From Candidatus Hydrogenedentota bacterium (GTDB taxonomy: Bacteria; Hydrogenedentota; Hydrogenedentia; Hydrogenedentales; JAEUWI01), in assembly GCA_034669905.1 (NCBI GenBank), contig JAXMOL010000028.1, positions 1 through 64,000 of the forward strand: a stretch of DNA of 64,000 bases. The letters are read 5' to 3'. This document shows, piece after piece, positions 16,132 through 27,000 of the stretch. Each line of letters starts with the position of its first letter. Within the stretch, counting starts at the first letter, position 1. The position numbers and the translations under genes were made by a program. The notes below the pieces were generated by a model. The model had not been told where the DNA came from. It saw only the letters and a list, made by a program, of their open reading frames with translations, and searched no databases.

Positions 16132-18104
16132 GACACTTCGACCTCGCCTCGTTGCTGCATAAAGGGTAGGCTGCGCACGATCTCATAGACCAACTCGGAA
16201 AAGCGGTGATCCTTGCGTGCCACAGCGGCGACTATTTCATTCAGTGCGGGCTCGTCGTATTCTTCAAGCCCTCTGCCTAAGGCATAGATTAACATTTTTT
16301 CGGCCAGACACCGGGTAAATTCGTCACTTCGGTCCACCAGCACTTTTTTCAATGCCGCTGGACCATCGAACTCACGGCCATCGGGCAGGATACCCGAGCT
16401 ATCCACGGGCTTGCCGTTGTCTTCCGTGCGCCAGGCACCAATGGCGTCGTAATTCTCCAGGCCAAAACCCAGGGGATCGATCCGATCATGACAACTGGCA
16501 CAACTGACGTTTTCCCGGTGCTTGGTCAGTTTCTCCCGCATGGTAGCGGAAGAATCAATCTCTACCGCATCCAGCGCGGGCACATCCGGCGGAGGGGGTG
16601 GCGGATGAGAAGCCAACAAGTTCTCCAATACCCACAGGCCGCGCAATACGGGCGAGGTGCGGGTGGGATAGGAACTGACAGTCAGGATGCTCGCCTGGCC
16701 CAACAGCCCCCCCCGTTGATTGGGGTCCACGTCCACACGCTGGAATTCCGGTCCGACAATCCCGTCGATACCGTAGTGCTTGGCCAGGGGTTCATTGACG
16801 AAGGTGAAATCCGCGTCCACGAAATCGAGGATGCTGCGATCTTCCGCCACGATAGCCGTGAAAAAGCGCATGGTCTCCTCGGCCATGGCATCGCGCAATT
16901 CGTCGGTGAAGGCGGGATACATATCCGGATCTGGATCCACAACGGCCAGGTTTCGGAACTGGAGCCACTGTCCCCCAAAGTTCTCCGCCAGCGCTTCGGC
17001 CCGGGGATCCCGCAACATGCGGCTCACCTGCTCCCGCAAGGTTCGGGGATTGCGCAATGAGCCCTGCTGCACGGTCTCCAGCAATTCATCGTCGGGCATG
17101 CTGCTCCACAAGAAATAGGAAAGCCGGGAGGCGTAGTGGTAGTCCGCGAGATAATGGTGCGCGTCCGGGTCGGTGGGCGCTGGACCTTCCTCGATGCGGA
17201 AGAGGAAATGGGGTGATACGAGGAGGGCCTGCAGGGCAAGCTCCAGCCCGTCGGAAAATGATTCCCCGTTGTCGATGGCGAGCTGGTAGAAGCCCTTGAG
17301 GCGACTGATTTCTTCGCTGCTCACCGGGCGCCGATACGCCCGGGGGGCCACGTGCCGAATCGCCCGATCGGCACACTCTGCGGTGTGCTCCGGGGTGCTG
17401 TGGTTACACGGCAATATCTTGCGGTGCACCGGCATGGTGTCCCGGTAGGTATCCAACTCATGCTGGACCGCTTCGGCTGCAACCTTCTCGGCAATATCGA
17501 GATATTTCTCGGCCAGGAGGGGTGACAGGGTCAACACATCGCCGATATTGTCAAAACCATAACCCGAGTCATCCGGTGGGAAGCTGTCCGCCGGCTGGGA
17601 AGACACTCCGAGCAAATCGCGCACCGTGTTGTTATATTCCGAGCGGTTCAAGCGCCGCACCGTGACCCGACCCGGGTCCGCCTCAACGGCAGCGAGTACG
17701 GCCTCTTTTTCGGCCTCAATGGCCGCCACGAAGCTGCTCCGCTCTTCCGGAGAGGGTTGGGGCTTGCGCTTGGGCGGCATTTCACCACCGGCAACGACGG
17801 CCAGGATATGACTCAGCAACTCCTGATCGCTGATCTTCCCCTCATTTGTGATGGGGGTTTCAAAATCGAGTCCGCCCTTTTGGCGTTTCATACCGTGGCA
17901 GTTGTAGCAGTGGGTTTCGAGAAAGCCGGCGATCTCCGCCCGCTTGGTCTCGTCCACGGCCACGACCTCGCCCTGAGAAGGGGTCATGCTCTTGCAGCCG
18001 CCAATGACAAACGCCGTACCTACGGCCCCAATCATACCCCAGTGTGCGAATCGGGGCAGGAAAGATACCGCCCCGTTTACTTTTTTAGATACATCTGTAA
18101 ACAT
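16128..18104 (-). CDS. DUF1592/DUF1588 (PSD) domain protein with cytochrome c motifs
   Basis: CYNCH, RRLNRSEYNNTVRDL, ASRLSYFLWSSMPD, TSPVLRG.WVLEN and CASCH; true start near 18104, because the ORF-track extension is antisense to the next gene; 4-nt overlap with DUF1552. Confidence 0.9.
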   Translation of the reverse strand: MFTDVSKKVNGAVSFLPRFAHWGMIGAVGTAFVIGGCKSMTPSQGEVVAVDETKRAEIAGFLETHCYNCHGMKRQKGGLDFETPITNEGKISDQELLSHILAVVAGGEMPPKRKPQPSPEERSSFVAAIEAEKEAVLAAVEADPGRVTVRRLNRSEYNNTVRDLLGVSSQPADSFPPDDSGYGFDNIGDVLTLSPLLAEKYLDIAEKVAAEAVQHELDTYRDTMPVHRKILPCNHSTPEHTAECADRAIRHVAPRAYRRPVSSEEISRLKGFYQLAIDNGESFSDGLELALQALLVSPHFLFRIEEGPAPTDPDAHHYLADYHYASRLSYFLWSSMPDDELLETVQQGSLRNPRTLREQVSRMLRDPRAEALAENFGGQWLQFRNLAVVDPDPDMYPAFTDELRDAMAEETMRFFTAIVAEDRSILDFVDADFTFVNEPLAKHYGIDGIVGPEFQRVDVDPNQRGGLLGQASILTVSSYPTRTSPVLRGLWVLENLLASHPPPPPPDVPALDAVEIDSSATMREKLTKHRENVSCASCHDRIDPLGFGLENYDAIGAWRTEDNGKPVDSSGILPDGREFDGPAALKKVLVDRSDEFTRCLAEKMLIYALGRGLEEYDEPALNEIVAAVARKDHRFSELVYEIVRSLPFMQQRGEVEVS

Positions 18105-18281
18105 AGGATCACTATAGCAGGAATCAGGCCGTCTTTCCAGAAATCCACACCCCGTTGGCCCCTGAAAATCGGGGTATTGGATACCTGACCTGCCTTGCTG
18201 CCCACGGGCGACCACCCAAGCACGTTGCCCCCGGTAACCCGGCACGCTATAGTGTCCCCAACCCGGGAGGAAGGACTCACT

Positions 18282-20204
18282 ATGGACACCCACGCCCCGT
18301 CGCGACCATCCCCGCTCACCCTTTCGTTCCTGCTGCTCGCGGGACTTATCATGGCCTATGGCTGGGGCTACCGCGGCATCGTCGGCCACGAGGGAGGCGC
18401 CATGGTGCCCGGGGCCCTCTTGGGCATGGCCCTCTGCCTCGCCTCGGGCCGGGAAGACTGGGTGCGCCGCACCGCCGTTGCGGGCCTCTTTGGTGCCGTC
18501 GGCTGGGCCTGGGGCGGCTCCATGAGCTACATGGAACAGACCATGTACGCCGTGAGTGATTCTTTTCCCGATGTGCTCTATGGCTATGCCGTGCTCTTCC
18601 TGATGGGGGGACTCTGGGCCGGCATCGGCGGGGCGACATTGGGCCTGGCCTTCACCTTGCCCCGCTCGGCCCTGCAACGATTGGCCGCGCCCTTCACCGC
18701 CATTGCCGCCGCCTTCTTTGTCGTCTACCTCTATCTCTTCTTCAATGCAGACGCCAAAGATCTCTATGAACGCTATGTGGCCCAGCACTTCCACGACGGG
18801 GACTTTTTCGCCACGGCCATCGCCTGCGGCGTATCGCTGGTCTATGCGGCCGTCCGAAAGCAAGAACGCCGGGAAGCCCTGCTCTTTGCGGGCATCTGTG
18901 CGGCCTGGTTTGTGGGCTACCTGGGCCTCACCAAGTTCGGTGGGCTTCAACTCGCGCCCCCCTATCGGAGTGAAAGCTGGGGCGGTGTCCTGGGGATTCT
19001 CGTGGCCCTTATCATCTACCTGGTACGCACGCGAAACCGGGCCTCCCTCCTCCTCGCATGCTACGGCGTCCTCGGGGGTGGCCTTGCCTTTTCGGTGGCC
19101 GTCTTCATTCGTCACCCCGTCCGCGTGGGTTGGGGACCCTTTGCCTCGTGGCATGGGATGATGCAATGGAAAATCGCCGAGGAAAGCTTTGGCCTCCTCA
19201 TGGGTCTCGCCATCGCGCTGGGTGCCTTGCATCTCCTCCGGGGCGGCCTGGCCCCGGCGGCGGAAGACACCCCGCGGAAGCCACTGGACATCTATGCGGT
19301 TTTCGTCGTGCTCATTGCCTTGCTGTGGATGAATGCACGGCGCACGCCCATGCGTTGGATTCATCGTTATGATGCCCTCGCATCGGAACCGGTCGCCGGA
19401 CTGGCACCGTGGGCCTGGTATGTGGTCTTTGGCGTGGTACTGAGCGCGCTGGGATGCTACGCCCTGCGGCTCTACGCACGGGACGCCCTCGCGATGGCGC
19501 CGTCAACGGCGTTGGGCAAAGGCACCTTTGTCTGCCTCTTTCTGCTTTGGGCCACGCTGGCCACGGGCTTTACCTTAGACCTCCCTGCCGCGCGGGGCCG
19601 AAGTCATCCCCTCGTGGAAGTCACCTTCATCCTGCTGGCCGGTGCGGCCACCGCCCTGATTTTGAAACGGGGAGAATCGTCCCCCCGTGCGCCTGGGCCG
19701 ACGGCAACCCGCACGCCGTCAGACCGTGATTGGCGCCTCGGGAAAGGGTACTACGCCGCGTGTGCCGCCACGCCCGTGGTGCTGGTGACGATTACGCTCT
19801 TGAGTCTGGGGATGCAAGAGGGCCCCGCACCCGGTGCCCGCCTCCGCTTTGGCCCCGAGGCCTACTGGCGGGATGCCATGGCCGTCATGGGCCATTGGGA
19901 CGTGATCGGCACGACCAGGCAACCCGGGGGAGAACCCGACGGCCCCGTACCCCAGGAAGTCGTGTCCATCGAATTTGCCCGGGACCGCTCCGCCATTCCG
20001 ACCGACACCGACGGTAATCGCATCATGGATGCCCACCGCTGGTTCCACGCCGACTCCCGCATCCATCTCGATTGGTATGGCCGCAACCAGGAACACCCCG
20101 ATGCCGCCACGGTCGTCATGCGGGTGGAAGACGACACACTCTACATCCCCTGGCCCCCCAGGGAGGATAGCGGTCAATACCTGGTGCTGGAGCGAACACC
20201 CTAG
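18282..20204 (+). CDS. Polytopic membrane protein of unknown function with a soluble C-terminal domain
   Basis: GGAGGAAGGA RBS; many hydrophobic helices; GWGYRG..GHEGGAM.PG and GGSMSY motifs. Confidence 0.8.
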   Translation: MDTHAPSRPSPLTLSFLLLAGLIMAYGWGYRGIVGHEGGAMVPGALLGMALCLASGREDWVRRTAVAGLFGAVGWAWGGSMSYMEQTMYAVSDSFPDVLYGYAVLFLMGGLWAGIGGATLGLAFTLPRSALQRLAAPFTAIAAAFFVVYLYLFFNADAKDLYERYVAQHFHDGDFFATAIACGVSLVYAAVRKQERREALLFAGICAAWFVGYLGLTKFGGLQLAPPYRSESWGGVLGILVALIIYLVRTRNRASLLLACYGVLGGGLAFSVAVFIRHPVRVGWGPFASWHGMMQWKIAEESFGLLMGLAIALGALHLLRGGLAPAAEDTPRKPLDIYAVFVVLIALLWMNARRTPMRWIHRYDALASEPVAGLAPWAWYVVFGVVLSALGCYALRLYARDALAMAPSTALGKGTFVCLFLLWATLATGFTLDLPAARGRSHPLVEVTFILLAGAATALILKRGESSPRAPGPTATRTPSDRDWRLGKGYYAACAATPVVLVTITLLSLGMQEGPAPGARLRFGPEAYWRDAMAVMGHWDVIGTTRQPGGEPDGPVPQEVVSIEFARDRSAIPTDTDGNRIMDAHRWFHADSRIHLDWYGRNQEHPDAATVVMRVEDDTLYIPWPPREDSGQYLVLERTP

Positions 20205-20571
20205 TCTCGTTTTCTAACTGCATTTTTGATAAGGTACGAAAAGATGTTGCCCGGCCCTCTTCGCATCGATACGCCACGATACACGCGATAGTGCCCGCTT
20301 TACATTTCTTCTTCGCGCCCTTCGTGGCAAATCCCTGTTTTCCACCACGGAAGGAGCGGCCTTGTCACCTGGAGTCCCACACTACAAAATTTTTGAACCA
20401 CGAATGGACACCAATCAACACGAATAGAATACGTTTCGGTCGAGACCAAACAGGAGGCAACGCCTTAGCTTCCGTGTAATTCCCTACTACTATCCGACGT
20501 TTCTTCTCCTTTTGAGAACAAACCCACTTTCGAGCGTTCGCATCAGCTTTTCCTTCTTAAGGTTACACCCG

Positions 20572-20901
20572 TAAATCCAGGCAGGAGATATTCCGAATTT
20601 TGACCACGGAGTAGACGGATAATACGGATAGAAGCACATAGACTAGAATCAGGTTAGCTCAATGAATCCATCGTGCGTATGAATTGTACGAAGCCGAGTT
20701 AGCAGTTGGTATTCATTTCAATGCATCCGCGCTGTCGATTTTATCCGTGCTCCATCATGTTGATTGCTATCCAATGCTTTCTCACCACAGAGACACAGAG
20801 AACCAAAGGGCATATTTCCTCTCTGCGTTCCTTACGGCCAATAAAATTCGTGTGCATTCGTGGTTCAACGTTTTTTGGGTTGCGGCCAACGACTGCGCTA
20901 A
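20572..20901 (+). repeat. Composite ~330-bp palindromic element, inverted homolog of 41549-41896
   Basis: Collinear reverse-complement match (TTCCGAATTTTGACCACGGA...ATGAATTG..CGAAGCCGAGT...TTCGTGGTTCA...GGGTTGCGGCCAACG.CTGCGCTAA). Confidence 0.88.
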
Positions 20902-21011
20902 GCTTCCCGTGGTAGACCCATTCACGGACGATGACCCACCTGAAAAAGCCGGATAACAGTACAAACAATAAATACGAACGCCAATCATCCCAACCAACAA
21001 GGAATTATCCC

Positions 21012-23372
21012 ATGGTGCCTAAGAAACTTTTCCGGCATTGCACGAGTGGGGTAGCGATGCTGCTCCTCACGTTCGCGATGCTCATACCCGGGGCTAACGC
21101 CCTCGACCTCTCCAAGGCGACGGTAGTCGTCGCACCCGGCGAGCGTCCGCTGGTCGAACAGACTGCCGCCACCGTGCTGGTGGAAGAAGTAAAACAGCGC
21201 ACAGGTATCGACCTTCCTGTTTCGACTACCTGGCCCGAAAATGGTCCCGCCATCGCACTGCTCTCGGGGGGAAGCCCCACCTTCTCCGGCAAGACGCTGC
21301 CGTCGGTCTTCTACGTCACGGAGTCGGAGGGCTATACCATCGCGACCGAAAACGACGCGCTCTGGATCGTCGGTGCCGATGCCCGTGGCGTCCTCTACGG
21401 CATGGGCCGTCTCCTCCGCCATCTCGACTGGGCCAAAGACACCCTCCGCCTCGTCACCCCCCTCAACGTCTCCACGGCGCCCGACGATTCCATTCGCGGA
21501 CACCAGCTTGGCTACCGCACCACGGCCAACAGCTACGACGCCTGGACGCCGGAGATGTATGACCAATACATCCGCGAACTGGCCATCTTTGGCGTGAACG
21601 CCATTGAGAACATCCCCTTCCAGGATTCGGACAGCCCCCTCATGCCCGTGACGCGGGAGGTCATGAATCATCGTCTTGGTGAAATCTGTGAGAAATACGG
21701 CGTGGCCTATTGGGTGTGGACCCCGGCCACCGTCGACCTGACGGACCCCGAAAAGCGGGCCGCCCACCTGGCGGAACATGAAGCCTATTACAAGGAGTCC
21801 TCCAACCTGGACGCCGTCTTTTTCCCCGGGGGCGACCCGGGCCACAATCACCCCAAGGATGTGCTGCTCTTTCTCGAAGACATCTCCAAACTCCTGGCGA
21901 AGTACCACCCCGACACGGAAATCTGGATGTCTCTCCAGGGCTTTGACGAGGAACGGGTCGAATACTTCTTCGATTGGATCACCGAGCACAAACCCACGTG
22001 GTTTACCGGTGCCGTGGGCGGGCCCTCCAGTCCGCCCCTGCCCTACATGCGCGAACGTCTGCCCAGGGAATACCGTCTCCGCGACTACCCGGACATTACC
22101 CACACGGTGCGCTCTCAGTATGCCACCCAGTGGATTGACCCGGCCTATGCCTTCACCTCAGGCCGGGAAGGGGCCAACCCCGAGCCCGTCTACTACAGCA
22201 CCATCTTCCGCGCCTTTGCCCGCTATACCGATGGCTTCATCACCTACTCCGACGGCATGCACGATGACGTGAACAAGACCGTGTGGAGCCTCCTCGGTTG
22301 GGATGTGGACTACAACGTCCGCGACGGCCTGATTGAGTACTGCCGCTTCTTCTTTGGCGATGATGTGGCCGTGCAGGCCGCCGATGGGCTCTATGCCCTG
22401 GAGCAAAACTGGGATGGCCCCATCGCCCTCAATGGTGGCGTGGAAGCCACCCTCGCCCTCTGGCAGGGCCTCGACCGCGCACACCCCGAACTCATGGAAA
22501 ACTGGCGCTGGCAGCTCTGCCAACTCAAGGCCCACTACGACGCCTACATCCGCGCCCGCTTCATCCATGAAGACCAACTGGAAGCCGACGCCAACGCCGT
22601 CCTCGCCACGGCGAAGGAGATCGGTGTGGACAAGGCCATCGAGCAAGCCACCGCGATTTTCGCCAAGGCCGGCCCCGGATCGCCCCGCCAGGAGCTGCGC
22701 GCGGCCATCGAGCAAATCTGCGAGAAGATGTTCAAATCCATCGGCTATCAGACCAGCGTGCCTAAGTATGGCGCCAGCAATTCCCAACGCGGGGCCGTCC
22801 TCGATTTCGTGGACCATCCCCTCAACAACCGCTGGTGGTATGAAGACCAGTTCTCCGAGATTCGCGGCCTGAAAAGCGAGGAAGAACAACTCGCCCGCCT
22901 CAAGGTCCTCTACACCTGGGAGAACCCCGGTCCGGGCAGCTACTACGATGACATCGGCAACATTGCCCAATCGGACCACGTCTTGCGGGGCGAATCCCTC
23001 AGCACCGACCCCCTCATGCGACGCCACATGAATCCCGACTTCATGTGGTGGGACGGTGGCCTCACCCGCGTGCGTCAATCCTGGATCAGCAAAATGGACT
23101 GGCCCATGGGCCTCCGCTACGACGGCCTCGACACAGACGCCACCTACGTGCTCCGCACCACGGGCCTGAGCCAGTGCCTCCCCCGCATCAAGGGTGAACT
23201 GCTGAAGCCCACATTGGACGGTAAAGAAATCGGAGAGATTAAAGAGTTCCCCATCCCTAAATCGCTCTACGAAGACGGCACCATCATCGTCACCTTCGAC
23301 GTGCCCCACGAACCCGGCATCAACTGGCGCCAGATGTCCCGCCTCACCGAGGTCTGGCTGATTAAGCAGTAA
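21012..23372 (+). CDS. Secreted hypothetical protein with a GH20/GH67-like N-terminal domain and probable TIM-barrel glycoside hydrolase fold
   Basis: Signal peptide; EGY.I....L.IVGADARGVLYGMGRLLR; IRGHQLGYR; FPGGDPG; AAGGA RBS. Confidence 0.75.
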   Translation: MVPKKLFRHCTSGVAMLLLTFAMLIPGANALDLSKATVVVAPGERPLVEQTAATVLVEEVKQRTGIDLPVSTTWPENGPAIALLSGGSPTFSGKTLPSVFYVTESEGYTIATENDALWIVGADARGVLYGMGRLLRHLDWAKDTLRLVTPLNVSTAPDDSIRGHQLGYRTTANSYDAWTPEMYDQYIRELAIFGVNAIENIPFQDSDSPLMPVTREVMNHRLGEICEKYGVAYWVWTPATVDLTDPEKRAAHLAEHEAYYKESSNLDAVFFPGGDPGHNHPKDVLLFLEDISKLLAKYHPDTEIWMSLQGFDEERVEYFFDWITEHKPTWFTGAVGGPSSPPLPYMRERLPREYRLRDYPDITHTVRSQYATQWIDPAYAFTSGREGANPEPVYYSTIFRAFARYTDGFITYSDGMHDDVNKTVWSLLGWDVDYNVRDGLIEYCRFFFGDDVAVQAADGLYALEQNWDGPIALNGGVEATLALWQGLDRAHPELMENWRWQLCQLKAHYDAYIRARFIHEDQLEADANAVLATAKEIGVDKAIEQATAIFAKAGPGSPRQELRAAIEQICEKMFKSIGYQTSVPKYGASNSQRGAVLDFVDHPLNNRWWYEDQFSEIRGLKSEEEQLARLKVLYTWENPGPGSYYDDIGNIAQSDHVLRGESLSTDPLMRRHMNPDFMWWDGGLTRVRQSWISKMDWPMGLRYDGLDTDATYVLRTTGLSQCLPRIKGELLKPTLDGKEIGEIKEFPIPKSLYEDGTIIVTFDVPHEPGINWRQMSRLTEVWLIKQ

Positions 23373-23386
23373 ACCCGATTCAAAAC

Positions 23387-23420
23387 GCCCCGGCAGGTAG
23401 CCTATCTGCCGGGGCTTTTA
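23387..23420 (+). terminator. Rho-independent terminator
   Basis: GCCCCGGCAGGTAG-C-CTATCTGCCGGGGC followed by TTTT, just after the stop codon. Confidence 0.8.
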
Positions 23421-23552
23421 AATTCGCGTCATCAGCACTAAGTGGGGAGGATTTTCTCGAACATACAAGCACCGAAGCGGAGCGCTTGTTGAAATGGATT
23501 GTGGAACACACGTCACCACGCATTTTTTGCAAATAGAAATACGAGTCCTAGA

Positions 23553-23748
23553 CGTGCCGCGCGATCCCGAGGTACGAGGGTTCGTGCGATGGGGCTGTGG
23601 AAGGTCATTGGGGGCGGTGTCGTTGTGGGAAGTTTCCAAGTGGTATGGGGAAAATGGCGCATTGTGCTTGGCTCGGGACCTCCATCGCGTGATCTCATGA
23701 TATCTCCCAACCCGCGCACGAACCGGGAATACCGGATCGCGCGGCACG
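23553..23748. repeat. REPIN-like inverted pair, CGTGCCGCGCGATC family
   Basis: CGTGCCGCGCGATCC...GTTCGTGCG and CGCACGAACC...GGATCGCGCGGCACG arms. Confidence 0.75.
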
Positions 23749-23839
23749 ATTGCTGGATTGAGTTCGCTGGTGCAGAGGGAATTATTGTGGGTACCCACAC
23801 ATTGCCCATGAACCTTATATTTTCGCGCCCGTTGCCCCC

Positions 23840-24016
23840 TCACTCCCACGGCAAGGAATGCCAAATCCCCACGCGCCCATCCAGGCCCGCCGTCGCCAGG
23901 GTGCGGCCATCCGGGCTGAACAAGGCACGGGTTGCGCCGTGGGGCAGGCTGAAGAGCAACACCCCGCTCTGTACGTCGTAGACGACCGTCGCACGATCGG
24001 AGGCCACGAACGCGCT
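23840..24016 (-). pseudogene. 58-codon WD40 C-terminal fragment of a third kinase-WD40 paralog, in frame after the TAG of 24017-27460
   Basis: Translates SAFVASDRATVVYDVQSGVLLFSLPHGATRALFSPDGRTLATAGLDGRVGIWHSLPWE*, homologous to the ends of both upstream genes. Confidence 0.85.
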
Positions 24017-27000
24017 CTACTTCCAGGGCAGTGCGTGCCAGAGCGCGATCCGCCTGTCCATACCCAATGTAGCCAACACACTGCCGTCGGGACTGAAGCG
24101 GACTTTGGTGCCTCCCACGGGCAAGGTCACCAGTTTAACGCCAGAAGTCCGATCCCACAAGACCGTCTCCTCACTCGTTACGGCGACCAAACGCGTCCCA
24201 TCGGGATTAAAAGCTACCGATAGAATATCGCCCCACGCGCCGTAAAATTCACGATGGAAGTCGCTTCCGACTTCCGTGCTTTGTATTGTCACATTATCGC
24301 TGTTGCTTCGCGCTATGTAGTGTCCCGTTGGATCGAAGACAAACTCCACCGCGTGTCTGCCATGGGCGTCCTTCAGTATATTTGCGAGTTTGCCGTTCTC
24401 GACATTCCATATCCGTATATTCGAGTCGCGACTACCCGTCGCCGCGTAGCGCCCGTCCGCCGTAAAGGAGAGGTGCGTAATCTCCCGTGTATGACCACTT
24501 AGACGCCAGCGCACGCTACCGGTTTCAGCATCCAGAAGAACCGCATCTCGCCCAAATTCGTCTCCATACCCGGATGCGAACAGGGTCCTCCCATCGGGAT
24601 GGTAAGCAAGCACCCGAATTCCGTCGGGGTAGTCGGGAATGCGAAAAGCGCCCAAAACCGAGCCCGAATTTACATCCCGATGCTCTATACGCCCGCCGCC
24701 CGTGCTGATACTGACGAGCCGGCCCTCGGGATGAACCGCGATAGCGCTACTCCCCCCGGGCGCTGCGAGTCCGAGTTGCCTTGCGGTTACCGACTGGCGC
24801 ATACGAACACGAGCTACGTCACAAAGGTGGGTGTGGATCCCTCGGCGCGGAACATGGGCGAATGAAGCTATCGGCCAGGAATACAGTCCCCCCTCTTCGG
24901 TCACCGCCAAGAGCTTTTGGCCACTCGGGTGAAACGATAAGTCGGCTGGCTCCCCGTCATCGCTCTCGAGGTATATCGGCCGGTGACCATCTTCCATATA
25001 CCAGGTCTCGACCCGCCCGTTGCCACCCGTTCGATAGACCTCTGAACCATCTATAGAGTAGCGGGCCGAGGCCGCCGCCTGGGACCCTATATTCCTGAGA
25101 AAATCGTAATCGCGCTGGGCGTCCCAAAGGCGGGGTGCCCCGCCTGCGGAGACGGCGAGCAACGTGCTGCCATCGGGCGCGTAGTCCACACACCAAACTT
25201 TCGTGCGAAACTCTCGAAGTTCCCGGATCATCATGCCCGTCCTCCAATCCCAGATGACTATCCGCGTGTCCGCCCCCGATGAAGCCAGTGAGTTCGTTCC
25301 GGGACGAAAAGCCACACTCAGGGTCCCGGAGTAGGCCCCCCGATGGCCCGTTGCGTGCCCCATCTGGTTAAAAACGCGCTGGCCCGTCCCCCAATTCCAG
25401 ACGTACACCATGCCCGCCGCGTCGCCACCCGCGAGAAAGGTGCCATCGGGCGAGAAACGGACCGCGTACATCTCCGCACCATCGCCATGCAGGTCCCCGT
25501 GGCGCGTCTGAGTCATCCAGTGCCACACGGAAACCGACTTGGCACCCGCCGCGAGCAAATAAGAGCCATCCGGCGAGAAGGTGAGTTCGCGTGCCACACC
25601 GCCTGGAAGGTACCAAGCGGCCACCGTGTCTCCCGAACCGATGTCATGAACTGCGATTTCGCCGCCAAGTGAGGAACTGGCGAGCACGTTGCCATCGGGA
25701 TGGAGGGCGATATCGAGGACGTTGGTATCGTGAAGATGAAAGGTCTGTTCGGCGCGCCGCGCTTCAATATTCCAGATGGCAGCGCAGCCCGTGTAATCGG
25801 CCGTGGCCAGATGGGTTCCATCACGTGTCACCTCCACGTCCTCAAATGCGATCTCATGTTCGAACGAGTAGTCGCGCTGAGCACTGATCTGGAAGTAAAG
25901 ATGGCCCCACTCCCAACCTTTCCGGCCATCTTCCGAGCTATAGAGGCTTTGCGCCATGGAGCTGTAATCCCGTTCTCTCATCTCCTGCTGGGCGATATTG
26001 AGACCCATGGCATAGACCGCCCGTTCCGCCTCGACACGCGCCTCACGCTCGGCGTCGGCTCGCTCATTCAAGGCAAGGAAGGCGTACACCACCACGACCA
26101 TCAATACGAACAACCCCAAGACTGCCGTGGCCACCACGGGGCGATGTCGCGTCAGAAAGCGCCGCATCAATTCCACCCGCCCATAGTCATGGGCCGCCAC
26201 CCGACCACCCGACTCATAGCGCTGGACCTCCGCCGCCAGTTCCCGGGCCGTCGAATAGCGTTGCGCGGGGTCTATTTCCATGGCGCGCCGGCAAATCGCG
26301 GCCAGGGCCGGGGGCACATCCGGTTCTACTTTATCCGGAGCCAAGGGCTCCGCCTGGAGCACTTGGCTGAGTACTCTCATGCGGGACAAGCCATCAAAGG
26401 GCCGTTCTCCCGTGAGAAGATGATAGAGCACGGCTCCAAGGGCATAGATATCGGAGCGCTCATCCAGTTCACGGAGTTTTCCCGCCGCCTGCTCGGGAGG
26501 CATATAGTGGGGCGTGCCCATTACCTCGCCCTCCGCGGTCAGGTTGTCGAGGTCGCCGTCTTCTTCTTCCGCTGTCCCGTCTCCATCCCCCTCGACCGCT
26601 TCGTCGCGCCCCATAAACTTCGCGAGTCCCCAGTCGATGAGGTACGTTTCACCAAATTCCCCAATCATCACATTGGCAGGCTTGAGGTCGCGGTGGATGA
26701 CCCCCTGGCTGTGCGCGTAGGCCACGGCCTGACATAAGTCGATAATGTGGGGGAGTAATTCGAGACGGCCTGCGATATCACCCGCCGCCTGGATGGCCCG
26801 CTCGAGGGTCCTTCCCCGCACGAATTTCATGGTGTAATACACCGTGCCGTCGTCGCGACGGCCAATTTCATAGACGGGCACAATAGACGGATGCTGCAAG
26901 CGCCCGGTCACCTGGGCCTCGCGGAGGAATCGCCCCATCACCCGGCGCCGTTTTCCGTCGGAAGAGCCATTCCCCGAACCCGATTCCGTGTGGCGGGAAA

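Noticed and set aside
18105..19364. N-terminal 420 aa of ORF 16128-19364
   Set aside because: Antisense shadow of the membrane protein gene; DUF1592-type sequence begins near 18104
23418..23981. ORFs 23418-23864 and 23499-23981
   Set aside because: Explained by the REPIN-like element and the antisense or other frames of the WD40 remnant
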